A stretch of 64,000 nt of DNA from Trichoplax adhaerens. Lineage: Eukaryota > Animalia > Placozoa. A model generated the notes under the pieces. That model was given only the letters and a program-made list of their open reading frames with translations, ran no database searches and was not told where the DNA came from. Within the stretch, counting starts at the first letter, position 1. Every line of letters starts with the position of its first letter. The stretch covers positions 3,726,449-3,790,448 of the forward strand of contig NW_002060949.1 in NCBI RefSeq assembly GCF_000150275.1, in the 5' to 3' direction. The translations under genes were made by a program, and so were the position numbers. This document shows, in pieces, positions 52,406-64,000 of this stretch.

Positions 52406-55400
52406 ACGATCAAGCTCATTGTTGAACTATAGCCCACGCGATAGCTTGGCTAATTGAAGGGGTCGATAGTATTAATACTGAAATCAAGTATAAAAATTTT
52501 ACTTTCGATATTAAAGAATTGAGATTTAAATGATCAAACAGGTGGAATCTTCATGTGCTAAGAAAAGCATCGCAAAAGTGCCCATCATGATCTTTAAACT
52601 CATTCAGGACTTGGTGATTGGAATTGTACAAACTCATTTAACCGGTTTATTATAATAACTATTCTTTTAAGTTATGGCATAAGCATAGCTTAAAGTAGAA
52701 ATACGGCATCTCTACCAAAGAACTAACAAAATATTGACGTCGTGGAATATCCATGCAATGTTTTATTAATCGTTAACATTGTCGATGATTTTAACTCTAA
52801 CTGAATTCAAACTTTAATATAGACGAACGGAATAACTTTGCTTATTAAAAAGGATCCTAACTATTGTTCTGCTTTGTGATACTTATCACTGCTATTTTAT
52901 TCACGGTATTTTTATTAATATGCACCACATTTCTATCACAAAAGACAATTTTTAACTTTAGTTTATTCTTTTATAGAACAGATCGTAATTAACGATAACT
53001 ATTGTCTTGCAACTTAGTAATGGAAAATTTTTCGTAATTAATTTAAATTAAATTGAACAGTACGCTCCTATATCTATGGTGATTATTATTGGAAGAAAGC
53101 TAAATAAAATGTAGCGATGCTGAACTGAAGTTGTATTTTAGACATTACTTACAGTAGCATATTATGTAATTAATAAAACTCTATAAAGCGGCACTGCCTA
53201 AAGAGAATGATACAATTGAGCTTGGAAATGTATTCAGTATTTAATAGGTATAAATTAGATTTTGAATATAGTTACCATCCGACATCTGAGTACGATTAAA
53301 CTTTAAACATTAAATTAGGGTATAAGCCAGGTTTTGGTTGCATCGCTTAGAAGAGATAGGTACATAAAAGTACAGTATAGTTAACTATAGTTTGTAGAAG
53401 CTACTTCAGATACAAGCTTACAAGCGTAAGTATTGTACTACACACAAAAATCTCTTGTATATTATTCAGGCGAATATCCAACTTGTATGTGCAGTACTGT
53501 ATGTACTCAGGAACTAATCAATGTTTTTGTAGACTTGGACATCAAATTTACGATAGATGACATATGTAGATAAACATTTTACCAGTTGAATGTAAATATT
53601 ATTCATCTGATCTATTCTATTTTTTCAATTTTCAGACGGAAATTAATATAATATTCTGTATTTAAATTATTTGAGTTATTCTAAGCTTGTATATTAGGAC
53701 TGTATTGTGTAGGAGAGCTTGATAGAAGATAAGCAAATACAATGTAAAATTTCATTAGTGGTCTGGTACAGATGTCATGAGACCAAAATTAGAAGCAGAG
53801 TTTTTGAAATAATCTATTATAGTCGCAAAGGGACTAGATAATACTATAAATTCTTAGTTACGTATGTATATGTATGTGCTAAATATGCTGCAATTACGTT
53901 AAAATAGAGCATATCGTAGCCTTATTTTATCAGCCAGCATCTCTAAGCAAATGGAATTTAATTTAATTAAGCACCATTTCCACTGTTTAAAAGTTGATAC
54001 TATCTGTTTGTTAACGTTATAATAAATCATTCACATATAATTATCTAATAATTGGATCAAATGTAAGTAATTCTCACCCGTATTAATGAATGGTACGTGA
54101 TTTTTGGTCGATAAAGATGAATTTCAAGCGGTAGAAGATTTGCGTTGCTGTTTGTTCATAGGTTAATAATTATAAATGTCTATTTTCCGTGATAGAAAAT
54201 TTAAATCTTTTATCTTTCGAAATTGCTATAATATGGAGATGTGATGAAATAGTTTTAAATTTATACTACTAGCTGAATTAATCAAAACGCGGCAACATTA
54301 ATCAATTAGATTTTTGTTAGAAAATACGTAACATAAAGTATTGACAGTTCAGACTGTTTTATTAACAAACTAAGTATATTTGTCATAATTCCTATCTTAA
54401 AATTATCTACTTTCTTCTCTAGAACTAGAACGAAAATAAAAATGATCATGAAATATATTTATCTCCTTTAACGTATTTGTAATAACCTAAATTGATCTTG
54501 AATTCTAGCGATCACAGAGCTAGTGAGCAATAGTGCTATTTTAGAGCTGCAACAGCCAGAAATAATGCACTTTATCTCAAAAATGATATCGCAACATGGG
54601 GCCTTAGCATCTGATCATTAAAACTGAAGTAAAGTCTCTATAACATATTGTCAAAGACATAAACGCTCAATCGTACTTTGCTGTTAGTGCTACTGAAAGC
54701 TAATTGTTTCTAACGTACAGTATAAGAGGCGCGATGAATTCAAATTTAGGTGCTGAGTCTCTATATGTACAGGGGGTGTTTAAATTAATTAGCCGGTAGA
54801 ATTATGTTACAAGTGGAGGGTAGTAGACCCAGTATGGATAGCTAATTGCATTGACTAGGAAGGCAGCCTTACAGTTTTGATTTAATTATATTCTATCGAT
54901 TGGCTGCATAATTACAAATGATTAATCTACCATATTGCAAGACATATGTTTATAACTAAATTTATATACATAGCACGAATGTTATGAATCCCGTGTGAGA
55001 AAGTTAAAAGATATAATAGTACTCAAGAACTTCTATTTTAATGTGTACCAGAAAATTTGAAATAAAGCGTTATTTTACGGATGAGTCTTCTATAAAAGGT
55101 AAATTGGAAATTTTAATATTAGTAAATCAATAGGATATATTGTAAGCAAAGGTATAGATTTCTTTGATTAAAGTGAAGACTGGTTTTGCTATCGTGTCCT
55201 AGAGTTATTCCACATACACGGTAAAGGTTAAAACGCATCAGATTAATAGAATCGCTAAGTCACATTATTATTTAAATTAGCTCTAGTTAGCATAAAACAT
55301 GGCCATAACATTGATATTTTAATCACCTAATACTAGATTATCTAATAAATGTACTAGATTTAGTAATTTTATACTATAAGAAGAAATATTATCTATGTTG

Positions 55401-56063
55401 TTACTCTTCTGGCAATAATATCAAAACTGTAATTAAATTCTATTTGCAGAAGGCCCACGCTATTATCTTATTCGTTCTCTAATTTCTATAAAGCAATAAC
55501 TATAGAGAGAGATAACACGTACAGTTAGTCTAATATTATACTAGCGTACCTATAATACGTTCAAAAATATCGAACACATTGGATAGCAAAAGTAGTGTTT
55601 ATACGTAGACTTAAAATTCAATTTTATATAGATTTTTGGGCAATCATAATTTTCTTGAGATTTTTCTGAACCTATAAACTCATAATATGCTAACATGGTT
55701 TCTTTAGAGATCGAGAAAATCTATCCGAATAGTAATAACGATAAAAATTTCTAAATCGGGTTGGCTAGAAATCGTTTTATGCCTATTCACATTGATATAC
55801 AGACTATACTGTAAGCAAAGAACAAATATGATACAATTACAGTGTAAAATGAGTCAACCTAATAGTTAAGCCGCAATAGGAAACTATATTACAATTTCGT
55901 AAGACAGTTTAATAAACATTTAATCAGAAAACACCATATAAGTAGGAAAACAAGCAAATATAGCTATCATCGGCAGTCTTTAACTTCAATAATTGAGATC
56001 GGTACGGTAGTACCTTGCTCGGAGTTGTTAGAATTAACAAATAGTATTTACTGGATCATCACA

Positions 56064-57299
56064 ATGAGTAAGTGTATACTGAAGGATTACGTTCTAGTAA
56101 TATCCCTTCAGCCTATTAATATCCTTACATTCTAGATTCCAATGTCAACATTTAGCTATGACAACAAGAAATAACTCAGTTACTGGAAATTAAATACAAA
56201 AATTATGTTATGAACATCTTAGGAGCCCAATCAGTGATGCTTTATTTTTGTTCTTCTACTCTATTAAAATTTTTACGTACACTTGTAGACTGATATTCAT
56301 TGATCAGCCTAATAGATTCTATAAAATATAGCAAGATAGGAAATGGGATTATTTATGTTAGTTACTTATTCATAAGATTTCTGCTAAATTCTATTCAGTC
56401 TAAGGCATCAATACTAGATAAAACAATTTCAATCTTTAGTATTGTTTTTGACGCCATGATAAATGATTAATTATGTAAAATGGCTTCTCAAAAATTTGCT
56501 ATAAAAGCTCCTAAGTGTTTTGTAGCTTTTCCATTTACTTAAAGTTATCTAACTATACGATCAGGGTTTAAGCTTGATAGTTATCCGTAAGAATTGAAAA
56601 ATACTTATATTACTGCATACAATATTGTTTTGCTAGTAGGATTATTTCCATCTGTGGCCTGTCTTGGGAGAATAAATTGACAATTATTTTAAGAAATAGA
56701 AAGCTTTCCCTTTTTTGTAGATCTAGAGATGGTTATGCACTTTGGCCCAGGTCTTGATGTTCCAATCTTAGTGGCTACATGTATTAGCCTGATTGGTCTA
56801 GCCATTAGTTTGGTTATTATTTGCATAAATGTAAATTGTTCGGATCATAAGGTAAGCAAAGGAAATGTCACACTGTATTCTAATCTTTCGTCATTGAGTG
56901 CTCTAAAATGGTTATTTTATTACAAATTATTTTTTTACAAAAATATCCGCTACTATTAATAATTGATTTTGTTATGAGCATTAACAATGTATACCTTCGT
57001 GTTATGCTATAAATAATAACCAACTTATATTAGTGTGTACCTCTATAAAACAAATAGAGTACTTACAATTATATTGTTGCAAGGAAAAAAGCTTGGTAAT
57101 AGGTACAAATCTAATTTATGATACTATGTTGAACTATAATTAGAAAGAAAGGATGGGAGAGCTAGAAATTCCGACAATTGTTATTGAAGACTACGATGAA
57201 ATTCTCAGAAAAAACGGTGAAGGTGAAAGTGGGAAAGTAATTCATGGACGTCGATTATCTGTATTACCGGGTGGAGTAGCCGATGATGCAAACATTTGA
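56064..57299 (+). CDS. Small single-pass (type III-like) membrane protein D, 3 coding exons, ~96 aa
   Basis: acaATGA|gtaagt (56064-56067), tgtag|56721-56851|gtaagc, attag|57144-57299 give MNLEMVMHFGPGLDVPILVATCISLIGLAISLVIICINVNCSDHKKERMGELEIPTIVIEDYDEILRKNGEGESGKVIHGRRLSVLPGGVADDANI*. The first exon is the least certain. Confidence 0.65.
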
Positions 57300-60200
57300 A
57301 ATCAATTATGGATCTTTTCCCAACTCTTTAATGGAGTTACTTATATTAGTTTGTGTCTAATCTATGGTCTTACTCTATGAGACGGCTAGTAAAACTTATT
57401 CTATTAATAAGTAAAGATGTATTCAAAGAAATTCATGAATAATTTATGGAGAAACGAAAAGATGAATCATACTTCCTGAACTAAGAAGAAAATGGGTTGG
57501 AAGCCGATAGCAGCTTGAATTATAGGCACATTTAAATAACATGACATAGACAAATTTTATATCGAAGTAATTTTCTAGTCGTATACGCAAAATGAGCAAA
57601 TGATCGTTGTAAAGGACTTAAAATGGCTTACTGTCAACATATTGATAAACATACCTTCTTCAACAAGCTCTGATGTAGGTAAGAAATGATTCTCCTGTAA
57701 ATAACGAAAATTTGGTCACACTTGCGCGAAAAATTTCAACGAATTCTTATTCTAATAAGAATGAAATCTGACAGTTATCAATATCAAGCAAATCATTGCG
57801 TGTGCAATAGCTCATAGTTAATAAATTGCAATTCCAAGTCCATTTCTAGATAAGAAATGAGACAAGGTCGACTTTTAAATGTTGCTAAAAATCAATATTC
57901 TATGTATTGATAGAGGAAAGAGCTGTAACACAGCATTGGTCAATTTAGCCATGAAGAGTAGCAATTCCATCTTATCTTAAACATGGCTAAGCAATTGGTT
58001 AGATTATGCTCAGTATTATCGAAGCAATTTGTTATCGAAACTTCAATGAAAGATTCACAACAGCTGCAAAAATGAAGTGATCTTATACGAAACTAACATT
58101 CGTTTCATGAATCTACTGATAGACAAGTTTAATAAATTTATAGGATCTATACTTAGGTCAATTGAAAGTGTAAATTTAGCTAGGGCCCCCATTTATGTGA
58201 GTACGGTAAATTATTTATAAAAGTCATAGCTTCTAATTTATAAATAAGTATGCATCGAATTATACCTATGTTATTTCTGAAAAGTTGTTAACAACCTCAT
58301 CGATTATTTCTAGCATTTCAGTAATTTATATCTAGGTGCGGTATTAATAGTATATAAGTACTGTACTAAATCGTAGACTGCTTTGCTTATGTTTGTTTGA
58401 AGCAACATCATACAGGTTATGCGAATAATCTAATGTAATTTGAGTGAGTGTTTTAAGATGGCTCACTCAATTTAGTAGCAGGATATCTGACCATTGTAAC
58501 TACCGCACCGATCGATAAAACGAGTTTTATTTGGCACCGGATTTATATCGTATTTTATTATTAAAATTAAATTATAAACTATTACTGTTCATAAAATGAA
58601 GTTTTTTCGATGTTTCACTAATCTCAATGTGAATTGTGTAATTAATGAGATGTTAAATAATATTTAGCAAGTTTTGTAAAGTTAAGCCACCTATTCCCTA
58701 TCGATGTCATGACGTCAGTGAGTCATAACTATTGATCACAAGTCGATATCTTGTTAATCATTTGGTATAAAAAAGATTCACTGAAATTTACCCCTTTACA
58801 TCTTCATGTTTTACGTCATAAAAAATCCACAGCTTTTAAATAATTTAGGAATTTGAGTGGGCACGTTCTTTTCTATAAATATTGTACATTACTTATTGCT
58901 TGATGGACAGTATCAATTAAATTAAAGTATAATTGGGTACTTTTCACGTGCAATTTATTCCAGTGCTAATCGATTTTTGGATGTTATAAAATTTTACTCT
59001 TCCGAATCTGATCAGTTGCACCGTCATGCAAATTGGCATACTTAATATTAGGATTTAAAAAGGTTAATAATCCTTAGCAATTAATGTGTAAGTCAGCTTA
59101 AGGTATGTAAAAAATTACATGGTATATCATAATTGAGAATAGAGCATTCCCTAAAATCATTCTAAAATGAGATTTTCCTTTATTTTCTCTCTCTGTATAC
59201 AGTATATATCAGGATGAATGATTCCGCAGAAATATGATATTACTACAGATTTCGACATAGAAATAGAGCTTGAAAAATATGCGTTGATATTAGTTATTCT
59301 TAAGATCCTATTCCATGGTGTTATTACAACCTACTTGCAGTATTTCTGCACATCAATCATGGCGAATTTAGGCAGTGTCAGCTTGAAAAGGTTAATGCAA
59401 TGACTATTTAAATCGTCTTTAATATTACCATTAATATGGAAGGAAAATTCATTTGGAATGGCATGCTAAGCTTTAGGACACATTAAGATGTGCAATGAAA
59501 ATGGCAATGAATAAATTTACGATAATGCTTCTAGGCTAGTAATTGTTGTAGAATTTAAGATTGCCAATATCACAAATCTCTATTCGGAATATTTATATCC
59601 ATTGCATCAACTTGTAAAAATTTACAAGTATTGACCACTTTTCTTAATCTACAGATTACTACGCTCGAAATTTTTATTGCAAATCCACTTTGCAACTATC
59701 TTTTTCGTATCCAGCTATGTAACTGGATATAAGTAGGATTATTTTTGCATATGCTTGATATTGATCTTTATTTGACTAGAGATACAATCGCGATTCCGTT
59801 CAATTTTTAAATTAATATTTGAGATAAGATTATTTTTAAGGATAGATTTAGGGGATAAAGATACTGCTATAAAAGTATAAATCGAAATACTATAGAAGGT
59901 TTATGCTGGTATTAGCAGTACAGACAATGGCTTCAGGACTTTGTTATAAATAAAATCATAACTCATTTCAATTTTTAAATCAGTATTTGAGTATAAGGTT
60001 CCTAATCTAAGGGATAATTTTAGAGAACTAAGAAAGCCTAAGTGTAAAAAAGAAATCGAAATAGATGATTTTTGGTGGCATCAGCATCGTAGGGTATGAC
60101 CCCAAGGCTATGCTATGAATCATGATTATAAAATGAACTATTCTAAAATTTTCATTTTAATCTAATTAATTTCTTAATTAAATATTTTTAGTTAAGCTTT

Positions 60201-60652
60201 CAGTCATTTTGTAGATAAGACAATATAAAGCAGCTTTCCGTATTATTCCGTGGCTACAATGGCCATGAGGCATTTTAAGCAACTTCTCTTACTTTATCTT
60301 GTGTTCAGTCGCAGGTAGCTTAAATTTCTGCCCATATGTTTTATATTGTAATAATGTAATAGTGTACACCTATGCAAAATATCAATAAATTGTCTTATTT
60401 GCAACCTAAGCCTGTTGTAGAAGGGTGCTGATTATTGAAAATCTGGCCAAATTAAACGAAGTCTTATTGCATTAAAATTTAGTCCAATATAATTGTCTGC
60501 AGATTTTGTCAAGCAAGTATTCTTGCTAAATACAAAATAAACAGCACTGAGTAGCACTTTTCCAGCTATCAACATATTTAGTGATTTTGGCAGCAGATTT
60601 GTCCACTTCGCTATTTGAAAATTGCATTATACCCGTATTCAGTAAGAAAAAA

Positions 60653-62571
60653 ATGCAATATATCCATCCAGCAGCAACTTCGAGAATACCAAGATACCTT
60701 TTAGCTACGAGCATTTTTCAGATTATTAGTGGACTAGGTGCATCAATTACCGGCAGCGTAGCTTTCATTCTACGTCAAGAAGATAGCAATGTTGGCTTAG
60801 TGAGTGCAGGAGGAATATGGAGTGGCTTTTTTGTAAGTATAATAATATTTTTCGTTACTTGTATGCTTTCCAGTATATATATAATCGCGTAAACATCATG
60901 TTTTGCTTTTAAATATGAACAAAGTCTTATCTCCTGAAATTAACTATAATTTTATTAGTATTAGTTTTTTAATACTATAAATAAAAAAAGATAGCTTGCT
61001 GTACTTTAGCTTTTATGTTATACATTTTACTTCACTATTATGGAAATGTCCAAGTATATTAATTACATTTTAATTCTGGAACTAAAGTATTAATATTTGA
61101 AAGCTTCACATTAGCCATATTATTTAATTTCTTAAAATCAAATGATACCTGATGATATGCTACCAAATTGTATTGGATAAATCTCAATATAACATTTAAT
61201 TAGCCACAGTAATGTGTCGTATGGTACATTAGGAGAAGATTATCTATAAAAAAGAAGTAAAAAGTGATCAAATCTTTGAATCTTTGAATTAATAGCCATT
61301 GTATATGTAGTTGCAAGCTTGAACTAAGAACGAGGTTTAACCATAAAATTTATCAAATTATTAAATAGTATAATCCATAAATTCACCAACTTTAGCAACG
61401 ATTAAAAGAATTGAGTACGTAGATAAATCAAAATATTACGGCCAAAAAATTAATTATGAAACAGTCAGTAAATCTGAGAGCTAGCTGATGGTATAGGTTA
61501 AATAGAATAAAATTCGCTATCTGTTAGATAAATGTTAGCATTTTACGATTAACCTTTCCTGGAGAATTGGGATATATACGAAAAGAACAATTAAGAATTA
61601 TTACTATAATTTCCGATCAAATTGTCCCGATGTTAGATAAATGAAGTAACCTCTAGATATTTTATATCATATCAATTTCTAAATTGATGATTTTGTCTTT
61701 TATTCGTTGCATTTCGATCTCTTATTAATTTGCTATTCCTATTTATATAGTTAATGTGTAGTGGCATACTTGGTGTACTGTTTCATGTCTTCAAGTACAA
61801 AAATAAGAACTTGGTTGGTATTCTTAGATTCTCATGATAAAAGGCTGTATTAAATTAACAAGTCTAATTGCAATTAATCCACGTGCATTATATCTATCAT
61901 CTTCTGAATTTAAATATATAATCCTAGATTACGATCACTACGTTTACTGCTATAGCTATACTGCGAAATTGTACTAACTTGAATGAATAATTGAAACTGT
62001 TAGGCTGCAGCAAGAGTAATTTTGTCTTGTATGGCAGTGGCTACATCAGCTACAGCATTTGCTCTTCACCTATATGGAACAAGAACGAAGATTTCTGTTT
62101 ATCTTAGCGCTTTTCTAGCTGTAGGCTTTGTTTGCAGTATGACTAAAACCTCCATTGTAAGTTACGATTGTTGCCGGACTTTGACAACCGAGGTAAAAAG
62201 TGTTGACGAATTTCATTTTAAGTTACTATTTTAATTCAGCTGTATTATAAACGCAATATAAATTTATGGTCACTTTCATTCTCGTTCAACATATAAACAT
62301 AAAATTTTTCCTTTTGTGACTGTAGGAAGTAAACCGAACTACAGTAGCTCCAGCAGTGAATTATCCTTATTTACAAGTTCCTGTCTTCGTTGAGCCTGTT
62401 CCACGATATAGTAATAATACCATCCCTCTTCAAAATCTTCGCTCTCATCATAACGAAAATCCAATTATCGTTAGTTATCCGCAAAGTCATCAATTTCCGA
62501 TGTCGCAAACCTATAGCAATAATCCATCGGCTTTCGTTACTTACAAGCCAGCTAATAAAGTGGAAGCTTGA
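60653..62571 (+). CDS. CD20/MS4A-like tetraspan protein E with Pro/Gln/Tyr-rich tail, 4 exons, ~225 aa
   Basis: Exons 60653-60832 (..FQIISGL..GGIWSGFF|gtaagt), 61751-61813 (LMCSGILGV..), 62004-62192 (two TM), 62326-62571; all phase 0. Confidence 0.85.
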
Positions 62572-64000
62572 GCACACGATAGGAGTAAATATTAACAGTT
62601 TGTAGAGCAGTTATTAGCAGCAGGGATAAATTTAACGATTCAACAAGACCGAGACAGTAGAATGGTTACTCTTTAATATGACTGGCATATGATTTTTCTA
62701 CACTATAAGCCTACCGTATCAATAAATACTTATTTCTTTCTTAGATCAGTCAAATATGCAGCGTACAAACGCTACTGATTACTATATCTCACTTGGTCGC
62801 CCATAAAAATAATACTAGACGCACTTCTACTTTGCTTCTTGCTTTAACAGCATTGCATACATATCAATTCAAAAATCATGAAATAGAATAGAACAACTTC
62901 TAAAACCTAATCAACAGGGATATTTTCGGTATCAACGATAGCATCAGGTATAATATCTGTATGCTGTATGTATATACATAAAAACATAGTTATCACCTTA
63001 CTATTTCTCCTTAATAAAAACCTACTATACCTGTTCTTTATATATAGCAATATGAATTTATTTCAGAAGATTATAATAAGTTTTTACCGTTTTAAAATGT
63101 AAATACATAAAAATAGTAATAGAATTAACTTTAATTTAAGGTTTAAACTTAACCAGATTAAGATTAAAATAATAAGAAGCAGAGTATTAGATGAATTTTG
63201 TTACTTTCCGTTCTTCAATCGATACTCAGTTTAGATAGTACGTAATACATTTAATACTATAGCAGCTAAAAATTAACAATTTCGACGTTTTGATTTCTTC
63301 TAATTATAAATCAGAGCCTCAGAAGGAGCTTTTTCTAACTGTTATTGCCAATGCCAATTGATTATCTTAATTTGATCTGTTCATATCGAGGCCATTAACA
63401 CGTTTCATACTTCATCTCACTAATTAGTTGGTTTATGGCCGATCTTGATTTAATTTTTCTCACATTGTGACGATGCATTTTTAGTTATTATGATGAATTT
63501 CAAAACTATAAATATAAATTCTAACTCTATTAAACAGTTGATCTGTATACGGATGCCCAATAAAATTTTTAAAACGTTGCGAACAGGCTAATGGCCAAAG
63601 CTGTTATCATACTGTGTAAATCTATAGACTGCAGTAATTTTGCTTTCAATTATTACGTTCGTTCAATTACTATTCTACTCAACGGACTGAAATTCGTTAA
63701 AATATCGAACGAAAAATGAAGTAATAGTTAAGGTATTAGTACATACAGTGCTTTACATCGAAAAATTTCGTCATTCTCTATTTTTTAAAAGCTATTAACG
63801 AGATATTATGGAAGCTTTCTACTTACAGTACTATTATTGTAAAATTTTAATAAACAGCCGTTTATGATACTCCCAGTAATGAATCAAGATGATTATCATT
63901 ATCTGTACTTCAACAAGTAATAGTGGCTGGTTGAATTCGCACATTTTAAGTATGTATTGATATAAAAATAAATTGTTTTACCGTTTATATTTGTATTTGC

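Overview
AT-rich eukaryotic (animal) genomic DNA with short GT-AG introns and one 50-N scaffold gap. Gene content and style suggest an early-branching metazoan such as the placozoan Trichoplax (inference, not verified). In order: a tandem pair of class C (CaSR/mGluR-like) GPCRs; DCAF13/WDSOF1; a small orphan coiled-coil gene; a 7-exon N6AMT1/HEMK2 gene that the ORF track misses entirely, with a GC-AG intron; a 46-bp minisatellite and an LTR-like fragment; and a complete insulin-receptor-substrate (IRS) gene. From 35 to 63 kb lies a cluster of four highly diverged CD20/MS4A-like (ENTREP/sarcospan-like) four-TM genes with one shared exon plan. A tiny single-pass membrane protein with calcineurin-docking, PKA and Tyr motifs sits inside that cluster. 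The most interesting items are this cluster, its embedded adaptor-like gene, and the complementary motif loss in the GPCR pair. All exon models were assembled by hand from splice consensus and frame continuity; no database search was run.
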